From a virus: a stretch of 64,000 bases of DNA. Of this stretch, positions 49,915-58,349 are shown piece after piece (the first letter of the stretch is position 1; each line of letters opens with the position of its first letter). The notes beneath the pieces are model-generated. The model did no database searches and was not told the DNA's origin. It saw only the letters and a list, made by a program, of their open reading frames with translations. Where the stretch lies: positions 25,976-89,975 of IMG/VR virus record IMGVR_UViG_3300025816_000008. One strand, 5' to 3'. Made by a program: the position numbers and the translations under genes.

Positions 49915-51001
49915 ATATATCTTTACAAGTGAATCAGTAAGTGATGGCCACCCCGATAAGGTTGCTGATCAAATAAGCGATGCACTGGTCGATGCTGGAT
50001 TATATAAAGGTGACGAAACTACAAGGGTAGCTATTGAAACTCTAGTGACAACAAACAGTGTGACTATTGCTGGTGAAGTAAAGAATTATAATGTAGGCTT
50101 TTTAGAAAGAGCTGATATTGTTCGTGATGTTATAAAACAAATAGGTTATGAACAAGAAGGCTTTCATCATAAAAACGTAATTATAAGTGATATGATACAT
50201 GAGCAAAGTGATGATATTGCACTAGGAACAGATGATTTCGGCGCAGGCGATCAAGGCATTATGTTTGGATATGCTTGTAATCACACAAAAAGTATGATGC
50301 CAGCACCTATACATTATAGTCATGCGGTGTTAAAGAACTTAAAAACAAAACGTGGAGACATTTTAGGTCCTGATGCTAAGTCTCAAATTAGTGTAGAGTA
50401 TGATGGCGCAAGGCGTGACGGAGTAATTAAGCGTATTGCACAAATTGTTATTAGTACACAACATACAGAAGGTAACGTAGAAGAAGCAAGAAACCTCTGT
50501 AGACTTGCTGCAACGGAAGAACTAGGAGATTTAGTAGATGAAAATACAGTATGGCATCTTAATCCTACAGGTAACTTTGTTATTGGTGGGCCTGATGGTG
50601 ATGCCGGTGTTACAGGACGTAAAATTATTGTTGATACCTATGGCGGTTTTGCTCCTCACGGCGGAGGTGCTTTCAGCGGTAAAGATCCAACAAAGGTTGA
50701 TCGTAGTGCAGCATATATGGCCCGTTGGATTGCTAAGAACGTAGTAGCAGACGAAATGGCAGACTGGTGTAACATACAATTAAGCTATGCTATTGGCGTT
50801 AAAGAACCTACAAGCATTTACATTGACTCGAACGGACACAATAGATCAATTGCTAGTTTCATTCAAAAAGAAATTGATTTAACACCCAAAGGAATTATTG
50901 ATAGATTTGATTTGTTTAATTTTTATGAATACAGTAAGAACTGTACATACGGGCACTTTGGTGACAAAGAAGTGCCATGGGAGAGGTTGGGTTGGAAATG
51001 A
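49907..51001 (+). CDS. metK: S-adenosylmethionine synthetase
   Basis: FTSESV.GHPDK, GAGDQG and GGGAFSGKDPTKVDRS motifs. Confidence 0.97.
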   Translation: MNKYIFTSESVSDGHPDKVADQISDALVDAGLYKGDETTRVAIETLVTTNSVTIAGEVKNYNVGFLERADIVRDVIKQIGYEQEGFHHKNVIISDMIHEQSDDIALGTDDFGAGDQGIMFGYACNHTKSMMPAPIHYSHAVLKNLKTKRGDILGPDAKSQISVEYDGARRDGVIKRIAQIVISTQHTEGNVEEARNLCRLAATEELGDLVDENTVWHLNPTGNFVIGGPDGDAGVTGRKIIVDTYGGFAPHGGGAFSGKDPTKVDRSAAYMARWIAKNVVADEMADWCNIQLSYAIGVKEPTSIYIDSNGHNRSIASFIQKEIDLTPKGIIDRFDLFNFYEYSKNCTYGHFGDKEVPWERLGWK

Positions 51002-51714
51002 TTCATTATATTTTTGATGTTGACGGTACACTTACTCCAAGCAGAGGTAAAATGGATGAGGAGTTTTCAAAGTTTTTCTTTGATTTTTGTACTTTAAATA
51101 AAGTGTATTTAGTAACAGGTAGTGATATTCAAAAAACACGAGAGCAAGTTGGAGAAGTTATTTGGGGAATGACTAAGCGTAACTATCAATGTTCTGGTAA
51201 TGATGTATGGGAACGTGGTAAGAATGTTCGTACTTCTACTTTAAAGTTACCGGATGAAATGTGGGGCTATTTAAATAAGGCAATCACTGATAGTTCATTT
51301 CCAGTTCAAAATGGACAACACATTGAAGAACGTCCGGGTCTATATAACTTGTCTATTCCAGGAAGAAATATAGGCAATCGTACTCGAATTCAATATGTAG
51401 CATATGACAATTATACTAACGAAAGAAATAATATTGCTGCTAAGTTACGAGAGCAATTTCCATTGTTTGAATTTAAAGTTGCTGGTGAAACCGGTATAGA
51501 TATTACTGCTAAAGGAAATAATAAATCACAAATTCTTGATGATTTTGATTCTTCAGATGTTATCTATTTCTTTGGAGATAAGTGTGATAAAGGTGGAAAT
51601 GATCATGAACTTGCATTAGCTGTACATGATCGTGGAGGAGAAAATAGTACATATCAAGTAAATAGTTGGGAAGACACATTTTCTTATTTACAAGCTGTTA
51701 AAAATGTGGTATAA
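50998..51714 (+). CDS. HAD IIB hydrolase, eukaryote-type phosphomannomutase-like
   Basis: FDVDGTLT, VTGSD and FFGDK..GGND motifs. Confidence 0.8.
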   Translation: MIHYIFDVDGTLTPSRGKMDEEFSKFFFDFCTLNKVYLVTGSDIQKTREQVGEVIWGMTKRNYQCSGNDVWERGKNVRTSTLKLPDEMWGYLNKAITDSSFPVQNGQHIEERPGLYNLSIPGRNIGNRTRIQYVAYDNYTNERNNIAAKLREQFPLFEFKVAGETGIDITAKGNNKSQILDDFDSSDVIYFFGDKCDKGGNDHELALAVHDRGGENSTYQVNSWEDTFSYLQAVKNVV

Positions 51715-51715
51715 T
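51687..51715 (+). promoter_or_regulatory. Early-type promoter TTTACA-17-TATAAT
   Basis: Consensus with TG extension. Confidence 0.75.
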
Positions 51716-51740
51716 TACATATATAATGAAGGAGAATATA

Positions 51741-52154
51741 ATGAGCGATAACTGGGTTGACGACATTGAAGGTATGCACCATAAATTTGGTGTAGACGAA
51801 TGGTTTGAAAAAAATAAACACGATAAAGAACTCATGAAAAAATTTATTCAATTTCGTATGTTAATGATTTATGAAGAACTCGGCGAAACGATGTCAGCCA
51901 TAAATAATTCGGATAGCGAAGAAATTGTTGATGGTCTTATTGATTTGTGCGTATTTGCTATAGGCACATTAGATATATTTAAGGTTGATGCTAATGCAGC
52001 ATGGAATAAAGTCTTAAAAGCTAATATGGAAAAAGAGCCAGGAGTAAAACCAGGTCGACCAAATAGATTTGGTTTGCCAGATCTTCTTAAACCACACGGT
52101 TGGACACCACCAAATCATAGAGGTAATCATGGAAGTCTCCGCGACGTTCTTTAA
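51741..52154 (+). CDS. All-alpha (MazG/dUTPase-like) dNTP pyrophosphatase; candidate dCTPase
   Basis: EELGE...EEIVDGLID...V..ANM.K...DL.KP.GW motifs. Confidence 0.75.
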   Translation: MSDNWVDDIEGMHHKFGVDEWFEKNKHDKELMKKFIQFRMLMIYEELGETMSAINNSDSEEIVDGLIDLCVFAIGTLDIFKVDANAAWNKVLKANMEKEPGVKPGRPNRFGLPDLLKPHGWTPPNHRGNHGSLRDVL

Positions 52155-53064
52155 GTCTATATATGATAACAAAACTAATCGTAAAATAAAATTCAACAGC
52201 TTCTCTCAATTTGAGAAGCTGTTGTACAAACTATCAGAAATACCAAGAGGAGGCAAAAGCGATGCTGAACTTATATCACCGGCTAGTTATATTAATGATA
52301 CAACTCGGGCAAACAAAAATGTTTTGGATTGGTCAGGTTGGGCTGCTGTTGATGTTGATGATCATGAGTTTCAAGGAAACCTAGAGAATGAGTTACGTAA
52401 TCGTTTCGGCGGTCTTTCTTATGTTTGCTATAGTACTGCTAGTAGTTCCAATAGTCATCCAAAGTTTAGACTTGTCTTCCCGCTTAGTGAGCCAGTTGAA
52501 TCTATTAAAATCAAGCATTTCTGGTTCTCTCTCAATAAAGAACTCGGTGAAATCGGAGATGGACAGACTAAAGATTTATCTCGAATGTATTACATCCCTG
52601 CAGCGTATGCTGGGGCTAACAATTTTATATTCAGTAATATTGGTGCTAACATTGATCCTCACGAGTTAATGGCAAAACATGCTTACGCTGAAAAGCGAGG
52701 TTCGTCATTCATGGATAGATTATCTCCGGAAATGCAAACACAGATTATTGAACATCGTAAGACTAAGATGGAAAATACTAATGTAGTTTGGTCTGGATAT
52801 CGAGACTGTCCATTTGTTAACAAGAATCATATTAAGGAATGGTTTACTATATCTGGTACTGATAACTCAGGCCGATACGCTATGATATATAAAATTATGG
52901 TATCAACAGCATTAAGTGCTATTAAAAAACAATATCCGATATCAGCGTACGAGATAGAGCAATTAGTAAGAGAGCTTGATAATGAAACGACCCGTAAATA
53001 TGAAAAAAGACCACTTAATGTAGAAGCTGATAGGGCTATAGAATATGCATATAAAAACGCATAA
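52129..53064 (+). CDS. AEP/PrimPol-like protein
   Basis: AAVDVDD (DxD), YSTAS, KFRLVFPL, then D..R.YY.P, and a helical C-terminal domain. Confidence 0.6.
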   Translation: MEVSATFFKSIYDNKTNRKIKFNSFSQFEKLLYKLSEIPRGGKSDAELISPASYINDTTRANKNVLDWSGWAAVDVDDHEFQGNLENELRNRFGGLSYVCYSTASSSNSHPKFRLVFPLSEPVESIKIKHFWFSLNKELGEIGDGQTKDLSRMYYIPAAYAGANNFIFSNIGANIDPHELMAKHAYAEKRGSSFMDRLSPEMQTQIIEHRKTKMENTNVVWSGYRDCPFVNKNHIKEWFTISGTDNSGRYAMIYKIMVSTALSAIKKQYPISAYEIEQLVRELDNETTRKYEKRPLNVEADRAIEYAYKNA

Positions 53065-53072
53065 AGATGAAA

Positions 53073-53108
53073 TTAACTGTGTACATTGCCTTAAAACTGT
53101 GATAGTGT
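53073..53108 (+). promoter_or_regulatory. Early promoter TGTACA-17-TAGTGT
   Basis: 29-bp near-identical repeat of 34025-34053. Confidence 0.7.
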
Positions 53109-53131
53109 AGTATCATATAAAGGAGATACTT

Positions 53132-53320
53132 ATGAACTCATTCACTCAAACAATCGCTAATCAAATACCTATAGGTCTTGATCGTTACGGTCAAATCTTC
53201 GCTGCTAAGAAACTCATTCTTGCATCAGACTCTCCCCTTCTAGCTACATGCAGAGAGACTCTAGAAGAAATCGAAGAAATCATCTTTCAACGAGACAGAA
53301 AGGAATTGCCAAATGCATAA
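53132..53320 (+). CDS. Hypothetical early protein
   Basis: SD AAGGAG. Confidence 0.7.
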   Translation: MNSFTQTIANQIPIGLDRYGQIFAAKKLILASDSPLLATCRETLEEIEEIIFQRDRKELPNA

Positions 53321-53471
53321 AGCTGAAATTGAAAATCTAGTAAAAGACTATCTTAATAAAGGTGGTAAAATCGTTAAATGCCGTCCTGGATATGCTAAAA
53401 CTGAACCTCGGCGTTTTAAATATTCTGTTGCAAATCAAGGCCGTAAAACAGTAACTTTGAAAGGTTATTAA
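53313..53471 (+). CDS. 52-aa protein with SutA-like motif (not in ORF track)
   Basis: Hand translation: MHKAEIENLVKDYLNKGGKIVKCRPGYAKTEPRRFKYSVANQGRKTVTLKGY*. It exactly fills the gap between its neighbours. Confidence 0.65.
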   Translation: MHKAEIENLVKDYLNKGGKIVKCRPGYAKTEPRRFKYSVANQGRKTVTLKGY

Positions 53472-53843
53472 ATGAAAGATAAGTATTCAATTAGATTTCT
53501 GCAAAAGTGTGCAGAAGTACAAATCAAAAAAAGTAATGACTATCAAAATCCTAACTCTAGAGTAAAGCAGGCCGATTACTATCCTCGCGGCTGTGCTACT
53601 ATTCTTGATACAATGGCTGCGAAAGTCCTTCGTATGCAATCTGTTCTTGAAGCAATGGAAATGGATCCAACTTATCAACCGAACTTTGAGTCACTCGAAG
53701 ACTCTTGTGTTGATATTACTAATTATGCATCATTCTTTGCTGCTTATATGAATGGCGCCATTGATGGCCAGACAGGCGATCGTGATTTTCTAAATCGTCC
53801 TATAGCACCCAAAGGAAAACCAAATGAGATCGTTCAGTCTTAA
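53472..53843 (+). CDS. DUF1599/nucleotide-modification-associated domain-like protein
   Basis: KKSNDY...K..R...EDS..D..NY helical pattern. Confidence 0.55.
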   Translation: MKDKYSIRFLQKCAEVQIKKSNDYQNPNSRVKQADYYPRGCATILDTMAAKVLRMQSVLEAMEMDPTYQPNFESLEDSCVDITNYASFFAAYMNGAIDGQTGDRDFLNRPIAPKGKPNEIVQS

Positions 53844-54303
53844 AGATATAAATTTGATAGAACTCTTGGCCAAAGCAAAGGCTGAGAGTCAACTTATCTT
53901 TGATAAAGAGTCTACTCGTAAAGGTAGAACTCTTGATGATATTACTGTTACCAATATGTACGGTTTAGCAGCTGAACAGTTTCTTATTGAAAAATGTAAT
54001 TTCACTGATAATCCTTTACCATATCAGGATGTAATATCTCCAGAAGGTATTGATGTTGAAGTAAAAGTAACAAAAGTTTTTAATTATATTCCTAATGTAT
54101 TATATCGTTTAAAAGAAAAGCGTAAAAAGTATCCTAGTTTATATCAGCCTGATTGGGTTTTTATATATTTAAATGATAAAAAAACTCGTGATTATGTTTT
54201 TGCTGGTACATATAAATGGAATGGCAAAACATATGTTACTAAAGATTGGTCTTTAGAAATTGATAGAGAATTTCTTGCTAACTATGAAGGAGTAAACAAT
54301 TGA
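53824..54303 (+). CDS. Putative PD-(D/E)xK nuclease
   Basis: G.AAE...YQD(V)...VEVK pattern. Confidence 0.5.
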   Translation: MRSFSLKDINLIELLAKAKAESQLIFDKESTRKGRTLDDITVTNMYGLAAEQFLIEKCNFTDNPLPYQDVISPEGIDVEVKVTKVFNYIPNVLYRLKEKRKKYPSLYQPDWVFIYLNDKKTRDYVFAGTYKWNGKTYVTKDWSLEIDREFLANYEGVNN

Positions 54304-54659
54304 AAGCTGGTAAAGTCTGGGGAATGACTGAACTCATTGAAGCCAATGGTACTTTAGAATTTCATCGTATTGAAATGGAAGCTACGGGAGTATGCTCAAA
54401 ACATCTTCATGAATATAAATGGAATGGCTTTTATATCGAGTCAGGAATAATGCTCATCCGTGTATGGCAAAAAGATTACGATTTAATTGATGAAACTATT
54501 TTACAAGCAGGTGAATATACTAAAGTAAAACCAGGAGTTTATCATCAATTTGAATGTATTGAACCCGGTGTGGCCTTTGAGTTATATTGGGCTGAGTTTA
54601 ACCATAATGATATTATAAGAGAAACTGTAGGGAGATCGGACAATGAGAGAATTTATTAA
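54300..54659 (+). CDS. Cupin (sugar-phosphate isomerase-like)
   Basis: KVWG, SKHLH..K.N.FY..SG and PGVYHQF motifs; TTG start. Confidence 0.75.
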   Translation: MKAGKVWGMTELIEANGTLEFHRIEMEATGVCSKHLHEYKWNGFYIESGIMLIRVWQKDYDLIDETILQAGEYTKVKPGVYHQFECIEPGVAFELYWAEFNHNDIIRETVGRSDNERIY

Positions 54660-54948
54660 TGATGCTTGGAACAGTGTCATGGATGCAGATATTAATCCTT
54701 TAAGAAATATACCAAATCTTCAAGTTAGACATTTAATTATGCAAATACTTGCTTGGATGTGGGTATCTGTATGCTCTATGTACATAGGAAGCATTATGTT
54801 TTGGGGCGTTAACGCAATCGTTCATACATTGTTATTAGCAGCAATTGTGATTACAGTTGGTACATTTGATACCGCAAAGCGCAATCCTAAACTTTTCGAT
54901 AGAATTGATGGATATAATGGTCGTAGAAATAATGGAGAACACGACTAA
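54643..54948 (+). CDS. Small membrane protein
   Basis: Two hydrophobic helices. Confidence 0.7.
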   Translation: MREFINDAWNSVMDADINPLRNIPNLQVRHLIMQILAWMWVSVCSMYIGSIMFWGVNAIVHTLLLAAIVITVGTFDTAKRNPKLFDRIDGYNGRRNNGEHD

Positions 54949-55355
54949 TGAAAGTTGGATTTACTTGTAGTACTTTTGATTTACTTCATGCTGGACATGT
55001 ATCTATGCTCAGAGAAGCAAAGTCACAATGTGACTATTTGATCTGCGGTCTGCAAGTAAATCCTAATATTGATCGTAAGGAAAAGAATTCTCCGATACAA
55101 AATATTGTGGAAAGACAAGTACAGCTTTCTGCAATAAAATATGTTGATGAGATCATTATTTATTGTACAGAAGCCGATTTACTTGATATAATAAACATGT
55201 ATCCAATTAATGTTAGGATACTTGGTGAAGAGTATAGAAGCAAGGATTTTACTGGTAAAGATGAATGTCGCAACCGTGGAATTGATTTATACTTTAACAA
55301 ACGTGATCATCGCTTTTCAACAAGCGATCTAAGAAAGAGAGTATGTGAGCAATGA
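54948..55355 (+). CDS. Cytidylyltransferase (TagD/RfaE-like)
   Basis: TFDLLHAGH (HxGH), ER, YVDE and R....STS motifs. Confidence 0.88.
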   Translation: MKVGFTCSTFDLLHAGHVSMLREAKSQCDYLICGLQVNPNIDRKEKNSPIQNIVERQVQLSAIKYVDEIIIYCTEADLLDIINMYPINVRILGEEYRSKDFTGKDECRNRGIDLYFNKRDHRFSTSDLRKRVCEQ

Positions 55356-56041
55356 AAATGAATTCTGTAAAAGATGTTCGTCAATTCTTTGTTGATGAAT
55401 TAAATGATGAAGCATTCACTATTGATAAAACCGGAGCACGAACTATTGAGATGATCGGCGCATCATTTATTGCTGATGAACCATCTATATTCGGTAAACC
55501 GTCTCTTTCATATATTCAAAAAGAATTAGATTGGTATGATAACCAGTCGACTAATATCTTTGATATTAATAAAGAGTCTGGTGAAGATGCGCCTGCGGCT
55601 TGGAAATATGCTGCTAATACGCATGGTGAAATTAATTCAAACTATGGTCATCTGATTTATGCTAATAAATATTTTGATCAATATCAAAATGCATTGTCTG
55701 AACTAGACAAAAATCCCGATGGTAGGCGTGCTTCTATGATCTATAATCGGCCTTCTATTTGGGTGGAGTTTGACGAAAATGGAAAATCTGATTTCATTTG
55801 TACTAACGCTGTCACTTACTATATTCGTGATAATTTACTTCATTGTGTAGTCCAAATGCGGTCTAATGATGTAGTATTTGGCTATAAGAATGATTATGCT
55901 TGGCAACGACATGTACAAAATAAACTAGTAGAAGATTTAAATAATATCTATAGAGTTAAAGATCCGGTTAGTGCTGGTATGATGATCTGGCAGGTACAAA
56001 ATCTTCACGTATATGAAAGGCATTTTAATCTTGTCACATAA
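55352..56041 (+). CDS. g42: dCMP hydroxymethylase gp42-like (thymidylate synthase fold)
   Basis: SDFICTN (catalytic Cys), MRSNDVVFGYKNDYAWQ and NLHVYERHF. It has Asp at the base-specificity position where dUMP enzymes have Asn. A separate thyX is present. Confidence 0.88.
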   Translation: MKMNSVKDVRQFFVDELNDEAFTIDKTGARTIEMIGASFIADEPSIFGKPSLSYIQKELDWYDNQSTNIFDINKESGEDAPAAWKYAANTHGEINSNYGHLIYANKYFDQYQNALSELDKNPDGRRASMIYNRPSIWVEFDENGKSDFICTNAVTYYIRDNLLHCVVQMRSNDVVFGYKNDYAWQRHVQNKLVEDLNNIYRVKDPVSAGMMIWQVQNLHVYERHFNLVT

Positions 56042-56492
56042 TACTAATCGTCAACACAAATGGGATCTAAGATATTTAGAGCTGGCTAAAACTATTGCTG
56101 GATGGTCTAAGGATCCTTCAAGTCAGATTGGAGCTATTGCTGTAGGTTCAAAAGGACAAGTCTTAGCTCAGGGATATAATGGATTTCCTCGAGGAATGCT
56201 TGATAGTCCTAACTTATATAGTAACCGAGAAGAGAAATATGTCAGAATTGTTCATGCTGAAATGAACATGATTTATAATGCATCTTTTAATGGTGTGTGT
56301 TTAAATAAATCAACTGTTTACGTATCAGGTCTTCCTACTTGTTCTGATTGTGCAAAAGGACTTATTCAAGTAGGAGTTGCTGAACTAGTCATGCCACGAC
56401 AAAAGATTGATGAAAAATGGCATGACTCATGGCAAAGATCTAAGTCATATTACAAAGAAGCTGGTCTAAAATATAGGTGGGTAACAATATGA
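56013..56492 (+). CDS. cd: dCMP deaminase (likely TTG start at 56031)
   Basis: SKDPS, GYNG, HAEMN and PTCSDC motifs. Confidence 0.92.
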   Translation: MKGILILSHNTNRQHKWDLRYLELAKTIAGWSKDPSSQIGAIAVGSKGQVLAQGYNGFPRGMLDSPNLYSNREEKYVRIVHAEMNMIYNASFNGVCLNKSTVYVSGLPTCSDCAKGLIQVGVAELVMPRQKIDEKWHDSWQRSKSYYKEAGLKYRWVTI

Positions 56493-57460
56493 AAGTCATA
56501 ACGAATCCAATTAGCAATATTCCAGTAAATGCTAAGTCACATACTCTTGGTTGGTCACAGTTATGGCGCGATCAGCTTGACGCTTATATAGATAATAAGT
56601 GTACACCTAATGTTAGAAAAGCTAATACTGTTTATATTGATCATGGAGCTAACTTTGGAGGAACGTTAAATCTATTTGGCGGCGCCAATAAAGAAGTTTA
56701 TGATAAGTTGAATATAATTGCATCATGTAAAGATGTGGTCTCACTTGATTGGGACATGCCTGATTATGGAGCTATGTTAAAAAAAAGACTAAGCGCTAAG
56801 ACTACATACGAAGGAATCACTGAAGACTGGTGTGATTTACTATCCAGAAGGTTTAAAAATGTTAAATCACTTAAACAAGAAGAATTGGAATTAAATGATG
56901 CCATTATTGGAGACAGTCATACTTTGTCTTTTAGTGATAGTCGCGATATGGTTTTGCGTCATGACGGCAAGACTCTTTTTGGCTGTCTTAGGACCGGCCT
57001 TGGAAGTCTTACTCGGGGCATTAATACTGATAATTTCAATCGTATTACTTTCTGTTTGGGTTCAATAGATATTCGTCATCATCTACTTCGGCATCCTTTA
57101 GACATCGATTCTTTAATTAATTCTTATTACGAACAAGCTATGAAATATAGCAGTGATTCAACTGATGTTTGGTTTACTGCTCCAGTACCGGTAGAATTTG
57201 AGGGTCGACGCATTCCTAAATCTGGATTCTTTAAAAAAGAACCGTTTTACGGTAGCTGTGAACAGCGTAGAGATGTTACAGATATGTTTATAGCAGCTTT
57301 GTACAAACGAACTAGCAATGTTATACAACCACCAGCTGATTGGTATAACATGGATCCTCAAAAATATGCTGAAACTTATATGGAGCATGGTAGTAGTTTT
57401 CATATAGCTCCACCATTTTATAAAAGAAATAACTGGGGAGCATCAGTTTTTGCCACATAA
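56489..57460 (+). CDS. Putative DNA-modifying enzyme: beta-glucosyltransferase-like N-domain + SGNH-fold domain
   Basis: N-terminal LNLFGG...SLDWD; C-terminal IIGDSH, GKTLFG, LGSID and SFHI (SGNH blocks I, II, III, V). Confidence 0.5.
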   Translation: MKVITNPISNIPVNAKSHTLGWSQLWRDQLDAYIDNKCTPNVRKANTVYIDHGANFGGTLNLFGGANKEVYDKLNIIASCKDVVSLDWDMPDYGAMLKKRLSAKTTYEGITEDWCDLLSRRFKNVKSLKQEELELNDAIIGDSHTLSFSDSRDMVLRHDGKTLFGCLRTGLGSLTRGINTDNFNRITFCLGSIDIRHHLLRHPLDIDSLINSYYEQAMKYSSDSTDVWFTAPVPVEFEGRRIPKSGFFKKEPFYGSCEQRRDVTDMFIAALYKRTSNVIQPPADWYNMDPQKYAETYMEHGSSFHIAPPFYKRNNWGASVFAT

Positions 57461-58349
57461 TAATCACGTAATTGACTTAATCAATAAAGATTATCCTTTC
57501 CCTTGGAGTAGTCCTGAGGAAACTAAGGATTATTATTTAGAATTAGCAAAGGATTGGGAAGATCCTTATGGCCCTCCTGTAATTAAAGTACATGAGGGCA
57601 TTCGTGTTGTTAGAGACGATTACTTAGTTGGTAGTAAGGTTCGAGGTGGTGACTGTCTTATATCTTCTTTACCAGAAAATATAGACACCGTTGTTTATGT
57701 TCAACCAAGAACTGGTTTAGCCGGAGTAAGTATACTCGATGTAGCAAAAAGACATAATCTAAAAGTTAAACTTTTTATGCCTTCATCAAAAAAAATATCA
57801 CCACATCAGGCTTGTTGCATTGAACGTGGAGCGATAGTAGAATTTCATAGAATTGCTGCTATGCCTAATTTAAATGCCATTGCAAAGAAGTGGTCTGATG
57901 CACGATCTAATTGTTTCTTTGTTCCACTCGGATTAAAGCATGAATTGGTTACAGCTGGCATCGTTAAAGTTGCATCAAAAATTGATCCACCTGATGAGGT
58001 TTATACTGCCACGTCCACGGGCGTGCTCACACGGGGGCTTCAAATTGCTTGGCCAAATGCTAAATTTACATCAGTTTGTGTGTCAAGAAATATGAAAGCC
58101 GGAGAGCTTGGTATTGCTGAGGCAATATCCGAGCCGTTAGCATTTACAGCATCTGAGAAAAAAGATAAGCTTCCGCCATTTCCTAATATAGATACTTATG
58201 ATGGTAAAGCTTGGAAGTATATCCCAAAGAATTCAGATAAAGATATTTTATTTTGGAATGTAGGTGCAGAGCCAATATTGAATCGTTGGGCTATTATTGA
58301 TGAAACAAATTCTTATAGGAAGTGGCCAAAAGATGAGCTGGTTAAATGA
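57450..58349 (+). CDS. PLP-dependent enzyme, fold type II (TrpB/cysteine synthase-like)
   Basis: VVRDD..GSK(V)R Schiff-base Lys, STG.L.RG phosphate loop and LFWNVG; TTG start. Confidence 0.75.
   Translation: MPHNNHVIDLINKDYPFPWSSPEETKDYYLELAKDWEDPYGPPVIKVHEGIRVVRDDYLVGSKVRGGDCLISSLPENIDTVVYVQPRTGLAGVSILDVAKRHNLKVKLFMPSSKKISPHQACCIERGAIVEFHRIAAMPNLNAIAKKWSDARSNCFFVPLGLKHELVTAGIVKVASKIDPPDEVYTATSTGVLTRGLQIAWPNAKFTSVCVSRNMKAGELGIAEAISEPLAFTASEKKDKLPPFPNIDTYDGKAWKYIPKNSDKDILFWNVGAEPILNRWAIIDETNSYRKWPKDELVK

Noticed and set aside
48682-51001. Host chromosomal contamination or prophage boundary at pckA-metK
   Set aside because: Both genes overlap phage genes (ATGA coupling with g43), share the low GC, and are flanked by T4 core genes on both sides.
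55352-56041. Ordinary thymidylate synthase (thyA) or dUMP hydroxymethylase
   Set aside because: It has the gp42-type Asp (KNDYAWQ) instead of the dUMP-specifying Asn, and thyX is present at 63663.
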